From assembly GCA_963729045.1 (NCBI GenBank), contig CAVSMN010000012.1, forward strand, positions 320,001 to 384,000: 64,000 nucleotides of DNA. Direction: 5' to 3'. Origin of the DNA: an uncultured Nitrososphaeraceae archaeon. GTDB lineage: Archaea > Thermoproteota > Nitrososphaeria > Nitrososphaerales > Nitrososphaeraceae. Of the stretch, positions 22,005 to 33,931 are shown in pieces (the first letter of the stretch is position 1; every line of letters begins with the position of its first letter). The notes beneath the pieces were generated by a model, which had not been told where the DNA came from, ran no database searches, and saw nothing but the letters and a program-made list of their open reading frames with translations. Made by a program: the position numbers and the translations under genes.

Positions 22005-22604
22005 CTATGATTTTGAGGACAAATTTTCTAAAGTCAATAATTCATTCGCACTCCTTGATAAGGTTTTGAGTTCCATCAATCTACCCGAAATGTATCCCAA
22101 AAGTACGCCGTAAATGATATGAAAAGCTAGGGAACCCAGTATGATTATAGGGTAAAGACCTTCAAAATTTGTGACTATCGAATATACATACTGATTGGGG
22201 GTTATTGAATTTCTAAATGAATCAATCATCGGTTGAATAGCGAATGTTGCTACTGGTACAAATAACAATGTCCATAAAACTACTCCCACAATAATCCCAG
22301 TTACCATGCCATGCCTTGCATTATAAGGAGAGATGCGACGCCAAAATATTGATACTTGCCCAAAAATATTACCAGCAATGGTACCTGTTAATAAATGTAA
22401 AGCAAAACCAATTAAAGGAGCAGCAGCGGGATCATAGAAACCCAGTGATACTCCTATTATTCCAAAAAATGAACCAGGTGGCGTTTGGGAAATAACATCT
22501 ATTGAAACTAACAATCCTGATATTCCCCAAGATGCAATGAAACCTGCTAGGGAACAATAAAGTATGAACAATTTTGGGGAATCTTCAATTTTGAATTTTA
22601 GCAT
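22005..22604 (-). CDS. Hypothetical membrane protein with intramembrane His
   Basis: About four TM helices; GFALHLL and AFHIIYG. Confidence 0.7.
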   Translation of the reverse strand: MLKFKIEDSPKLFILYCSLAGFIASWGISGLLVSIDVISQTPPGSFFGIIGVSLGFYDPAAAPLIGFALHLLTGTIAGNIFGQVSIFWRRISPYNARHGMVTGIIVGVVLWTLLFVPVATFAIQPMIDSFRNSITPNQYVYSIVTNFEGLYPIIILGSLAFHIIYGVLLGYISGRLMELKTLSRSANELLTLENLSSKS

Positions 22605-22766
22605 AGCCTGATATGGATAATCTATTATTTAAGAAATAGTAAAAACGATACCATAATGCCTAACTCTTTATAACACCTGTTTCATTTCCCAGCATTCTTT
22701 AGAAAGGTGCTCAAGACTTATTCTAGCACCTAAGAGTATTTTTTAATTCTCAAAATTTGCTTGGAT

Positions 22767-24186
22767 TTATTGACGCTCGAGGAATCCCTGCTCCGTTTTA
22801 TTTTCAATCTGACGGCCCAAAAGAAGTCTTACAGCATCCTCTAAATTGGTATTCATGAAGGGATAACCAGAAGTCAATAGCTTTTGGGGTTTTACAACAC
22901 CATTGGAATCGCTAATGGTATCCGCGAAATCTCCAACCGCTAGTTTCATGAATCCATAGCCAATTCTCAAAAAAATCTGATTTTCTAATATTTTTGAAAT
23001 TAGTTTCAAAAAAATCTGAAGCCTTTACCGGGTTGGGAGACACTATGTTAATAGGTCCACGGATGTTAGTGTTTCCAATCACATACAAGATACATCCTAT
23101 GACATCCTCAATTGATACCCAATTAATAACGTTAGTTCCTTTACCAAATCCTATTCCTGTTTTTAGGTAAGAAGCAAGAGTAAGTGGTTTCAATATTCCT
23201 CCCCTTGGAGATAGTATTAGACCAAAACGGGCATTTATCACCCTGATACCTATAGCTTCAACAGATTTTGAATGCGATTCCCAGTCAACACACAAGTTGG
23301 CTAGAAACCCATCTCCTGCTGTAGTTTCTTCTGTGACAACCTCTTCGCCACGATTTCCGTAATAACCAATTGCTGAAGCACATAATAAAGTTGAAGGAGG
23401 TTTTTTAAGTTTCTTTAAGGTGTTGCATAATAGTTCGGTTGTTTTCACTCGGCTATCACGTATGCGCTTTTTCTTTGATTCTGACCATCTACCACCTATG
23501 TTTTCTCCGGACAAATGGATAATAATGTCAAATCCTTCTAGATCAATTGGGTCAATCATTCCAGTTTCAGGATCCCAAACTCTGAAATTTGAACTGTTAT
23601 CGCTCTCAGGGTATTTGGAAGTGGGCCTTACCAATCTTGAAATCTTGTGTTCTCCAGCGGTTTCTAGAAAAGGTATCAGAGCAGATCCAATTAGCCCAGT
23701 AGATCCGCTAATTAGAATTCTTTTTCCCCTATTCTCCTTTAGCAGGCCCCATAATTTCAAATCATTTTGCAATATTCGATGTCGATAACTGAACATTTGA
23801 ATTAGGGTTTTATTGATTCGATTCCTGAAAATATTAAATCTATTTAATCCGTACGGTAAAGAATACTTTATTTTGTCCTCCATTATACATCCGCTTATTT
23901 CATTAGGAGCAAACGAGTGGGTATGTATCCAAGTCTTTAACGGCCCTTTGATCATTTCATCTTGAAATATTTGATCTTGAATGTATCCAAAGTGCTTTGC
24001 AATCCATTTTAATTTTAGCGGTCCATATTGCAATACTAGGATACAAATTGCTCCATTTTCTAGTCCATTATTTCGTTTAATGATTTTTAGAAAACTCCAA
24101 GGCGGGATCATTCTATCTATTGCTCTATATCTTGCGTGATAATTGAAAGCATCATGTACCTCGTAAGGGATTTCAACCCGTTTCAT
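22767..24186 (-). CDS. SRPBCC + TIGR01777/DUF1731 NAD-dependent epimerase fusion (frameshift near 23010)
   Basis: WIHTHSF cyclase-like domain; ISGSTGLIGS, IRDSRVKTT, ASAIGYYG; C-terminal VKPQKLLTSGYPF in another frame. Confidence 0.85.
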
Positions 24187-24920
24187 AAAAAATGCGGTTT
24201 TGTTTGATGTAATCGCTTGAATCTTTCAATAAAATGATCTAAATCTAGTATTCACCTTAATCTGTTTTTTGCAATAAAATTTAAGTGTTGGCAGCAGAGA
24301 AATACACATAGATAAATAAAATTATCTTTAAGTTTCGTATGTATAGTATATTTTTTGCTCATGCTGATCTTTTTTGTTTCAAAAATTGATAATTCTTTTC
24401 ATTCATTCCGCTTCTAGTCGATTTGATCTCTTCAAAGCAAATTAAATAGATATTAAAAGACTAACTAACAACTCATAAACCTAGAATAACATATTAAAAT
24501 TTAAAACTGTTATCTTTATTGTTTTCATCATATTGGCTGTAAAACGGATGTTGCAAGCTAGTTAATTGTTTTCGACACATTGTACAATCCATTTGAAAAC
24601 TATTTTTGTCAATCCAATGAATTTATTTAACCCTCTAGTAGTCAATGTATCTAAGAGGGATGAGGGAAATGTATTTTTAATACATTCAAGATGCAAATCC
24701 TCAATTTTTGAATTCATTTAATATTTATGGATCACTATTTTGTTTAATTAGAACCTGAGATATAGGAAAATATGAAAAATTATGCCAAACAACAGACGGA
24801 TGTTTTTTGCACTGGGCAGACCTTAATTCTATGCAGTGATAGTCATGATCTACTTCACAATGAGTCAGATCATTCTGAACTTATAGGGGCGCTCAATTTG
24901 GTACCAAAAACTAAGAGAAT

Positions 24921-25877
24921 TTGAATATCTTGAGATATCAATTCAGAGATTGGAGAATGAGATATAAATTGAAGAATGATGAAATGTGGCCAACACTTCC
25001 TGTTGCTACCTGGAAGGAAACATATGAAACGTTGCATATGTTAACACAAATCGTGGGCAAGATTCGGCTTGCAACTACCCCAATGGAAAATCATTGGTGG
25101 AACTCTACACTATATGTTACACCAAACGGGCTAACCACATCCGTGATGTACTATAATGATATCCCTTTTAAAATCGAATTTGATTTGAACAAACATTTCT
25201 TAATTATTGAGCAAGCTTTTGGTTACGTTAAGAAAATTCCCCTAGAGTCAAGACCCGTAGCAGATTATTATAAGGATATAATGTCAACACTGGAATCAAT
25301 TGGTATTTCATTAAGGATCTGGAGTACACCAGTTGAGGTGGAAAATGGAATTCCATTTGAGAAAGATTATACCCATTCAACCTACGACAGTGATTCGGCC
25401 AACAAATTTTGGCGGATACTTATACAGTCCTCACGATTATTTACAGAATTTAGATCAAGTTTTTTGGGCAAGGTCAGTCCAGTTCATTTTTTTTGGGGAG
25501 CTTTTGATTTGGCTGTAACTCGTTTTTCTGGACGAAGAGCTCCTGTTCATCCTGGCGTTCCTAACTGTCCGCAACATGTAATGGTCGAAGCATATTCTCA
25601 TGAAGTTAGCAGTTGTGGATTATGGCCAGGAGGTGGACCATTTGAAGGACCAGTATATTATTCGTATTCATACCCTGAGCCTCAAGGATTCAAAGATGCT
25701 AAAGTCGAGCCTGCAGGAGCGTATTACGAGGGCAGCATGGGTGAATTTATTTTGCCTTATGAGAATGTTCGGAAAAGCGAGTCACCAGATCAATCATTAC
25801 TTAGCTTCCTTCAGAGTACTTATGAAGCTGCGGCTGAGGCAGCAAAGTGGGAACGTACCATGTTGGAAAGACAATAA
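24921..25877 (+). CDS. DUF5996 (Ava_C0101-like) protein
   Basis: TLHMLTQIVGKIRL, NHWW, SPVHFFWGAFDLAVTRFSGR, AYSHEVSSCG. Confidence 0.85.
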   Translation: MNILRYQFRDWRMRYKLKNDEMWPTLPVATWKETYETLHMLTQIVGKIRLATTPMENHWWNSTLYVTPNGLTTSVMYYNDIPFKIEFDLNKHFLIIEQAFGYVKKIPLESRPVADYYKDIMSTLESIGISLRIWSTPVEVENGIPFEKDYTHSTYDSDSANKFWRILIQSSRLFTEFRSSFLGKVSPVHFFWGAFDLAVTRFSGRRAPVHPGVPNCPQHVMVEAYSHEVSSCGLWPGGGPFEGPVYYSYSYPEPQGFKDAKVEPAGAYYEGSMGEFILPYENVRKSESPDQSLLSFLQSTYEAAAEAAKWERTMLERQ

Positions 25878-26503
25878 CAGTCTTAATTGGAGTCCTATAT
25901 CGAATTGTCAGTATGCCTTGGCTTGAGAGGCTACCGATCTATTCCATGCTAATTCAAATGATAAATTACAATATTAAGCACAATTTCGCTGTTGATACCA
26001 TCTCCCTAAGCCACATAATTCCAAAACCATATATCGGATCCATCATAAAATTTTAAAATAATTCTTCTTATGGATGTTTGAATTAAGTATGTTGCAGGAC
26101 AAAAAAATCCACTGTTTTCTATTATTTTAGAACTAAGTTTTATCGTCTCTTGAGAAGCAGCAATATTATTCCATGCAGTTACACCATTCTAGTTTAATCC
26201 CTAGGATATGATTTAGATCTCATACCCCGATTGACAACTACGCAAAACAACTAATAAGATATGAACGATGGTTCTTACTTTCTAATCAAAATAATTGAAC
26301 TCACCTAATCACACAACATTGACTTTAATTTCCGAATCTTCATTCCATTTTGGTGATGCAAATGACAATTCCCTGTTCTCTACTAATATCCTTTATTGTC
26401 CTAATGACGATTGCATACTCTGAGCTTCTGTAAATGACTTGAATTTAAATGTCTTTAAACAGGAAGATCCATGAGGTTCTTATTATTAACTATCTTACAT
26501 GTT

Positions 26504-27539
26504 TTAGTTAGTGGTATCCATATTAGGATAAATAATTTTAAAGTCATCCTTCATGCTGACGGTAATCCAGTTTCGGTTTTGTGCTTCTATTAGCGCATTT
26601 TTAGCATGTATGTCATAGGAATATTCTCTCATGGCATCGTCGTGATGGACTAGAATTTGAAGTGATCTGCCGGGATGTTATTATCTTCAGTATATGTAAG
26701 CATCTCCAAATCTCCATCTGAATTTCCGACTGCTAATACGGGCACTTTTCCTATATGGAGCTGAATATTTTCTGGTTTTACTTCGTTGTCATTATAAAAA
26801 GCTAATTTTGACTCTCTAAAAATGCTCGATTTACTTCTGTTGGTTCCTTTAATGTATCTGAATTTTATGCTACTGCCTATTATCTGATCTGAAGGTATTC
26901 CGTACACATCAGAAAGAGATTCTCTTACAAAGTCTACTCCACCAGCAGAAACAATGAATGTTTTAAAATAATTATGCTTAAGAAAATCGATAAGTTCGAT
27001 CATTGGCTGGTATACCATCTGCACAAATCTTTTTTCGCGTATGGGGATGTTGTGCTGTCTTAATCCACATGTTTACCATTTTATTGAATTCGAGTTGTGT
27101 AATATTTGAATGAGTTAACAAAACGAGTGACATGATATCCTTTTTACTTAAATGTAAATTTGCAAAATCCTTATTCAGAAGTTGTTTGATCAGTGGATCA
27201 CGTTTTAATTCTGGATTTGACTTTGACAATTCTTCAAGTCTATCGAGGACGAAAATGCCCTGGAAATAAGTTGGTTTTTCTGCCCATAAAGTTCCGTCAT
27301 TATCCATGACTTGCGATTCTGTCTTCTGGCGGAATGTAATTGGGATTTTCTAGATCGATTACACCTGTTATAAAATTTAATATTCTTTCTTTTACCATAC
27401 CTTGGTTCCAAGAAGGAAGTGGATCTATCGTGGTTGAATACTTTTTTTCTGAAATCGACAATGTTTGAATAGAAATCAATGATTGTTTATATCCTAATCT
27501 TCTTATCAGCTCCAGAAGTCTTGACAAGTGATTCGGCAC
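26504..27539 (-). CDS. HAD-family nonspecific acid phosphatase-like hydrolase (multiply frameshifted)
   Basis: LPSWN, DNDGTLWAEKP, VYQPMIEL, VSAGG, GNSDGD, HHDDA.REY and W.TVSMKDDF in successive frames. Confidence 0.8.
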
Positions 27540-28051
27540 TGACAGACATACGGACTAATAATCATATCTTTTCAATGAGACTCACACAAAGAAATTAACC
27601 TTTTGAGTTGCAATCACCCTTTTTACCTCATAAATAAAAGAACTTTTTCCAATCTTTTTAGATACTCTTCCTTTGTAACGGGTAATTTCACAGTAAAGGA
27701 AAACAATGACCACAAATTCTGTCGAGTTTGTCACCTTAATTTGATTTTGATTTTGTCTACTACTTCCTTTATTTCACATTCTAAAATGTAAAATTGAACT
27801 TTGAGAGAAGTTAACAGCATAGGCACAAAGGGCTTTATACCGAAATCGATTCTTTAGCTTGTTTAAAAGCCTCTTATTTTAGGAAATTTTTTATGAGGTA
27901 CTCTATTATGAATTTAGTTGCCAAGTTAAAGGAATTATGAGCAGATTCATCTTCTCATGATAAGTCTAGATGGTTTGAATATTTGGTAGGATTTGTCAAG
28001 TTTCTGTCATATTGACGGTCAAGACAATGTAGTAAAAAAGCGACTGATGAA

Positions 28052-28288
28052 TTATTCTCGTTGTTGTCTTCCTTGTTCTTCCATTTGTTTAACATATTCT
28101 CTGGCCATATTAAGCATGGTGGGCTTGACTGAATCACAAAATAGCGTACATAAGAAGTCAAAGTTTGATTCAGTCATTTGCATGTACGTTTTATGATAAT
28201 TAACTGCAAAATTATACCATACATCCTGCATTATCTTAAAATAATCATTCGTTAGATAATACTTTTCTGATTTTGTTTTGTCACTCAT
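28052..28288 (-). CDS. Small helical hypothetical protein
   Basis: ATG ORF preceded by a TATA-like ttttata. Confidence 0.5.
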   Translation of the reverse strand: MSDKTKSEKYYLTNDYFKIMQDVWYNFAVNYHKTYMQMTESNFDFLCTLFCDSVKPTMLNMAREYVKQMEEQGRQQRE

Positions 28289-28991
28289 ACTACTGAAATT
28301 TTGTAACTTCTATAAAAAGTAATTACCTCCTAAAAGAATGAAATTTCGATTTATTGAATTATCTATAGTTTCTAGACTCTATGATAGGCTTGTTTGACAA
28401 GGACCATTTGCTAAATTTCTCTTATTCTTTTCCAGTAAAATGAGCATTCAGTTGTATTAATTCTTGTAATTTTTTATAAAATTCCATTGCAACCCTCTTA
28501 GATCTCCCCACTTGTTGATAAACTCTAATCTAAAAAACAAATGAATTTCTAATAAAATTAGGAATTGCAATCCGACAATTACCTATGAGAAGAGGTTTGG
28601 CTTAACTTCTCACAGGCTAGAGAGACATTGGCTGAGATACTTCAAATATAGAAGTGTTGATTTAGAATTTAAGCTTTAGGGGAATTAAGTTCTATACTAT
28701 TATAACATAAATAGCTAGTTAGGAGGAGAACGTATATTTCACCTATTATCATTGGGAGGATTTCCAAAAGAACCTAAGGGCGACGTAGAGGCTAAGACCA
28801 GCAGCAACAAAAAACAAAGCATTTTTGAATTAACCCGTTGGATAATATCTCTAGGGTTCGGTGTCTAAAGGAACTAACTTCGATATGATCTGCGATAGCA
28901 ACCGAAATGTAAGACGATTAGATCCGATAGAGTTTTCCCTTATCTTCTTCTTTCTCTAATTTGACGGCACATATTTAAACGTCCTCTAAAA

Positions 28992-29579
28992 GTGTTACTT
29001 ATGAGACGTGACCGGCTTTACAAAATCCTAGAATCATACCCTATTTTTGTACCTGCTATTGTAGCAATATTGATTGTAATTTTTGGGGGTATCGGGGTGT
29101 ATCTGGCCGAACACAATCATCCAGGCGCAAATATAACTAACTTAGGCAACGCCTTTTGGTGGGCCATAGTTACAATCACAACAGTAGGATATGGTGAATA
29201 TTTCCCACTCACTTTCGTTGGACGGGTGATTGGGGTATTAGTGATGCTCACAGGAATCGGTACTGCTGTAGTCATCGTAACTATCTTTGCGGACAGGAGA
29301 CTAAAGGATTTAGAGTCAAGGTTAAAGCCAAAGACTGATGTACATGCAAGATTATTCGGTGCTGAAACAAAGACTGATATAAAAGTCAAGATTGACGGGA
29401 TAGAGAATTTGACTGAAGAGGATTTTGATAATCTTATCATTATGATGAAAAGTCTGCGACGTACTTTACTTGAGGAGTCCAAGAACTTATCCAAGTGCTC
29501 GGTATGTGGTAACGCCTATTATAATAAACCTAAATTTTGCAGCAATTGTGGTTTTAAACTTACTTCAAATATCCATTAA
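28992..29579 (+). CDS. Two-TM potassium channel with C-terminal zinc ribbon
   Basis: AFWWAIVTITTVGYGE filter; CSVC...CSNC. Confidence 0.9.
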   Translation: MLLMRRDRLYKILESYPIFVPAIVAILIVIFGGIGVYLAEHNHPGANITNLGNAFWWAIVTITTVGYGEYFPLTFVGRVIGVLVMLTGIGTAVVIVTIFADRRLKDLESRLKPKTDVHARLFGAETKTDIKVKIDGIENLTEEDFDNLIIMMKSLRRTLLEESKNLSKCSVCGNAYYNKPKFCSNCGFKLTSNIH

Positions 29580-29599
29580 ACTAGATTAAAGTGAAATCC

Positions 29600-30260
29600 T
29601 GATCTATTTTTACCATATGCGAGTATATACGAATCACTCAGAGAGTTCGGGTATCATTTACCAGAATTAAAAAAGACTTTAAATGAACTAGTCAAATGTA
29701 AATATGTCTTATCTGCAGAAAAAATCCCATTTAGAGAAATGGATTTGATTAGAACTCTTAATCAGTGTAATATTCGTCATAATCTTATAATAATTAATTC
29801 ATTTAAGAAAACTCTCCTGAATAATAATCCTGACGTATTTTCATTACAATGAATAGATGCATATAATATAACACATACAATTTTTTACCAAACTGATTTT
29901 GGATTTTCAAATAAGATTGAAGTTGACACAAGAAAAATGTCACAAATAAAATGGATATTGAATACTTTATTGGTTATCTATACGATTGATCAGGATTGGG
30001 ATGTTATCGCTGAATTATTAGTTTGTTGTGACTGCCTGTACTGGCATCCCCCATTTTACCAAACAGCATGGGAACAGCTGATAGCGGCTCAAAAACCTAA
30101 TGGTAGTGTTCCTCGATTTAGCAAATCAATGATTATAAATGATAAAGATCTTGGTTCTTCTAAACTAAAAATTTTTGAAAATCACTATCCTACAACTATA
30201 GTAACTGCGTTGGTATGTATATTACGACGTAATAGTAGCAATATGAATGATTTTGGCGTA
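29600..30260 (+). pseudogene. DUF6895-like fragment
   Basis: EKIPFREMD, DAYNITHTIFYQTDFG, DWDVIAELL and QKPNGSVP motifs; internal TGA near 29850; no N-terminus. Confidence 0.55.
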
Positions 30261-30708
30261 TTTGTTTATAGTCCTAAAGTATATGAGTGTTTTAAATGCG
30301 ATTCCTATAATATAGTCTATAAACTAAACCTCCTTATCTTCAATTATGTAAATATATTCTTCATTTGAATCTTGAGATGTGATTTGTGGGTGGCTTATTT
30401 TCCTTCCCTCAATATTGGTCATACGCGTTCACATCTATTGTATAAACACAATCCAGCCAGTTAAATGCTCCTTGAATCCCATTCTCCGAAAGTATTCTTC
30501 CTAAGTTTTCTTGCACTAATCTATCTGGTTCGATGAGATGCAATACACTTGTGTTTGCAACTTCAACCAGATAATTATGATGTGCTGATTCTAAACACAC
30601 TGTCAAAAGACGAATATTATTCGTAAAGACTTTTGGTTTGAGTAGACATTCGTATCTCGCAATAATAATAAATCTTTTTACGTTATAATTGACTATCTAT
30701 TTTGGTAA

Positions 30709-31905
30709 TTGTCTTCAGAAGGTAAACGGGTCTTAATTTTGGGTGCAGGATTCGGAGGGTTAACAACTGCTAATTTATTGCAGAAAAATCTTTCTTTATC
30801 CTCAGTAAAACATCAAATTAGTATTGTCGACTCCAAAGACTATTTCATAATGGGACTTGTAAATTTATGGATTTTAAGTGGAATAAGAACACTGGATGAT
30901 TCTAAAATAGCATTAAGCAGGCTAGAAAATAGAGGAATAAGATATTTAAATGCTGAAGTAACGGCAATTGATCCTGTCTCAAGGACTGTCACAATCAAAG
31001 GGAATTCGACTCCTAGATTAGAATATGACTATTTGGTGATAGCATTAGGATCAGAATTTGCACTTGAACATGTCAAGGGATTTTTAGAAAATGGTGGTTC
31101 TAATCTATATGATGCAGAGCAAATTCCAAAATTAAGAGAAAAGATACTTTCATTAAAAAAGGGGAGAATAGTAATATGCATAACCTCTGTTCCATACAAA
31201 TGCCCACCAGCACCATATGAGGCATCTCTCCTTATCAATGATATTTTAGTTAAGAATGGTACAAGGGATTCAATTAATATCGAAATTTATACACCCACTC
31301 CAATTGCTTTGCCTGTAGCTGGAGCAAAAGTGAGTCATGAAGTTATTAACCTTCTTAATGATAACCATGTCAATTTCCATCCGTTACATAAAATAAAGTC
31401 AGTCTCAGACACAAAAGAGATAGAGTTTGAAAATGGACATAGGGTAAAATATGATTTGTTGATAGGTATCCCTCCTCATAAAGTTCCTGAAGTAATAAGG
31501 AATTCTGATCTAGTAAAGCAAGGACAAAACTGGATTAATGTCGACAAGTTCAGTCTTAAGACAGATTATCAAAATGTTTTTGCGATAGGGGATGTAAATG
31601 AAATTAAAGTAACTGAAAATGTGGCTATTCCTAAAGCTGGAGTATTTGCAGAAGCTCAGGCGAAGGTAGTTAACCAACAAATTATTGATGATATTGAAAA
31701 CAACAAGGATAAACGATCATCATCAAAATTTGATGGAAAAGGTTTTTGTTTTATGGAAGTTGGAAATAAGAAGGCAGGGTATATTTCCGCAGATTTTTAT
31801 AATGAAAATGGTCCTGTCACTCTACTTGAGCCACCATCTAAGGAATCATACGAAAAGAAATTAAATTTTGAAAGAAGTAAGGTAAGGGAGTGGTTATTAT
31901 CGTAG
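30709..31905 (+). CDS. sqr: Sulfide:quinone oxidoreductase-like FAD-dependent oxidoreductase
   Basis: ILGAGFGGL, YDYLVIALG, YKCPPAPYE, FAIGD, PKAGVFA and FDGKGFCF motifs. Confidence 0.8.
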   Translation: MSSEGKRVLILGAGFGGLTTANLLQKNLSLSSVKHQISIVDSKDYFIMGLVNLWILSGIRTLDDSKIALSRLENRGIRYLNAEVTAIDPVSRTVTIKGNSTPRLEYDYLVIALGSEFALEHVKGFLENGGSNLYDAEQIPKLREKILSLKKGRIVICITSVPYKCPPAPYEASLLINDILVKNGTRDSINIEIYTPTPIALPVAGAKVSHEVINLLNDNHVNFHPLHKIKSVSDTKEIEFENGHRVKYDLLIGIPPHKVPEVIRNSDLVKQGQNWINVDKFSLKTDYQNVFAIGDVNEIKVTENVAIPKAGVFAEAQAKVVNQQIIDDIENNKDKRSSSKFDGKGFCFMEVGNKKAGYISADFYNENGPVTLLEPPSKESYEKKLNFERSKVREWLLS

Positions 31906-31936
31906 TCCGCTACCTGTATGTCTAATGTTCTTTTAC

Positions 31937-32065
31937 TTAAGCCACTAAGGGTTGCTCTTCTTCCTTCTCAATCTCTGGTTGCTGTTCTTCCTCCTCCTCA
32001 ACTATCTTATCAATTTTCCTCTTGAAGAGTTTGCTATATTCGTAGTCTGATATGAACACGCACAT
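31937..32065 (-). CDS. 42-aa acidic small protein (below the ORF-track cut-off)
   Basis: MCVFISDYEYSKLFKRKIDKIVEEEEEQQPEIEKEEEQPLVA; TATA-like aatata about 20 nt upstream. Confidence 0.55.
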   Translation of the reverse strand: MCVFISDYEYSKLFKRKIDKIVEEEEEQQPEIEKEEEQPLVA

Positions 32066-32231
32066 ACCATGATATTCTGTAGTATATTACTTAAACAGAT
32101 TCCTAATGGATTATTTTACATTTCTAATATATCTCCAGGATTAGATGAATTAGTATTTGATTCCATTAGAATGAATTATACAATATAGGAATTTTCATTA
32201 ATCTTATAAATCAAGATTTAGGGTCATAAGT

Positions 32232-32888
32232 ATGACTTCTTTAACTCCTGAAGAACTACTTACAACTACAAGAGCTGTGAGAAGGAGACTTGATCTTGAA
32301 AAACCTGTGGAAATTGAATTAGTTAAAAAATGCATAGAAATAGCCCAGCAGGCCCCAACGGCTTCCAATAGACAGAATTGGCACTTTTTGATTATTACTG
32401 ATCAATCCATGAAGAATTCATTATCTGATCTCTTTAGAAAAGGATGGCAATCCTATATAGATTCACCAACTTCTGTCGCCAATACTATAAGTTCTGATGA
32501 TCCAAAGAAAAGTGAAACTCAAAGGAAAATATATGAATCTGCGAAATATTTGGTAGACAATTTAAGAAATATTCCTGTATTTGTTATTCCCTGTATCGAA
32601 GGCAGAACCGACGGATCAAATATTTCAGTGGTAGTCCAAAGTGCTGTATGGGGATCCATTGCTCCAGCAGTTTGGAATTTTATGCTAGCTGCCAGGTTAT
32701 ACGGATTGGGAACAACTTGGACTAGTTTTCATCTTTTGTTTGAAAAAGAGGCCGCTGAATTATTGAATATCCCATATGAAAAAGTTATGCAAGCGGCCTT
32801 GCTTCCTGTAGCATACTATAAGGGAACATCCTTTAAACCTGCACCAAGAGATCCGATAGAAAAAATAATACACATTAATTCATGGTAG
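32232..32888 (+). CDS. Nitroreductase family protein
   Basis: TTRAVRRRLD, APTASNRQNWHF, LAARLYGLGTTWT. Confidence 0.9.
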   Translation: MTSLTPEELLTTTRAVRRRLDLEKPVEIELVKKCIEIAQQAPTASNRQNWHFLIITDQSMKNSLSDLFRKGWQSYIDSPTSVANTISSDDPKKSETQRKIYESAKYLVDNLRNIPVFVIPCIEGRTDGSNISVVVQSAVWGSIAPAVWNFMLAARLYGLGTTWTSFHLLFEKEAAELLNIPYEKVMQAALLPVAYYKGTSFKPAPRDPIEKIIHINSW

Positions 32889-33249
32889 GGATTATTATCT
32901 TTTATTAGAACAATATCAAATAGCAATCAAAGGAGCTAATCCTTTCTTTAAATATGAAATGACCCTCATCCAAGGTGATTGTGAAGGGGAGAATACTTGC
33001 AAATCCATAATAAAACCTGGTATCAATAAGGTTACTGCGAACTTTTACTATGCAGGGATCGTCCCCTAAGGGATGTTGCACCCCGACCTTTCCCATTATA
33101 TTAGTAGAGGTTTGTTTTGTACCAACTAATGGTATTTCTTATCTATATTTTTTCTAGTATGTCTGATCGTCATTGGACTGGGGCCAAGATAGATGCTATG
33201 TTTATAGATGATGGTAAACCAAGTAATAGGAAAAAATTAGACAAATAAA

Positions 33250-33793
33250 ACTATCCAGTGCTTTCTCTTTTGTAATATAAAGTCTTGAGCATAAGATATC
33301 AATATTTCAAATTCCTCCTTCTTTAATGATTCAAATATATCAATCCGGTTCTTAACTAATGATTTTGTATCCTCTTCAACCGAGGGGGAAAGAATTGCCT
33401 TTCGCATTTGGTTTCTCTTTCTCTGTAGATGATCTTGTTTTGGTGTTTTTACTTTCCTTCTTGTCTATCCAAGACTCTACAAATGAGCTACCTAATGTTG
33501 AAATAAATAATCCTAAAATCATAATGCCTATAATCATCAAGAAAGATGCTATGACTTTTCCTTCTGTTGTAACGGGATAGATGTCTCCATACCCAACAGT
33601 AGTGACAGTAACCAATGCCCACCACAAAGCGTCTCCAAATGATGATATCTTGCTATCTGGTGCGGCGAACTCAACAACATACTCCGCATATGCGCCGAAC
33701 ATTATGGAGCTAAAAGCAAAAATCAGAATATACATAATTTTGCTGCCTTCAAAAATCGAGATCGTTCTAAAGAAGAGATGAATGATTCTAAAT
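33250..33793 (-). pseudogene. 5'-truncated potassium channel gene
   Basis: ALWWALVTVTTVGYGD; channel-like sequence (FRIIHLFFRT) extends upstream to ~33793 and then stops; C-terminus continues after a frameshift near 33385; end coordinate approximate. Confidence 0.7.
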
Positions 33794-33930
33794 GCTCAGG
33801 CTGTGAGGTAGCATATAACACAGACTCTATATTTTGCTACTGCTGCAAATGTAGACTCAGAAAACGAAACTCTAGATCAAAAAGGTCAATGAAATCTAGA
33901 TTAATGATGTCAGAGGTAAAGAGGTATTAA
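33790..33930 (+). CDS. Zinc-ribbon ORF fragment (CxxC...CxCC..RLR)
   Basis: KCSGCEVAYNTDSIFCYCCKCRLRKR...; its stop lies 1 nt before the thyX start. Confidence 0.6.
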   Translation, partial: KCSGCEVAYNTDSIFCYCCKCRLRKRNSRSKRSMKSRLMMSEVKRY

Positions 33931-33931
33931 C

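Noticed and set aside
30400..30649. Truncated-globin pseudogene (MSTQTKSLYE...)
   Set aside because: Only the first ~10 residues are suggestive; the rest is unrecognisable
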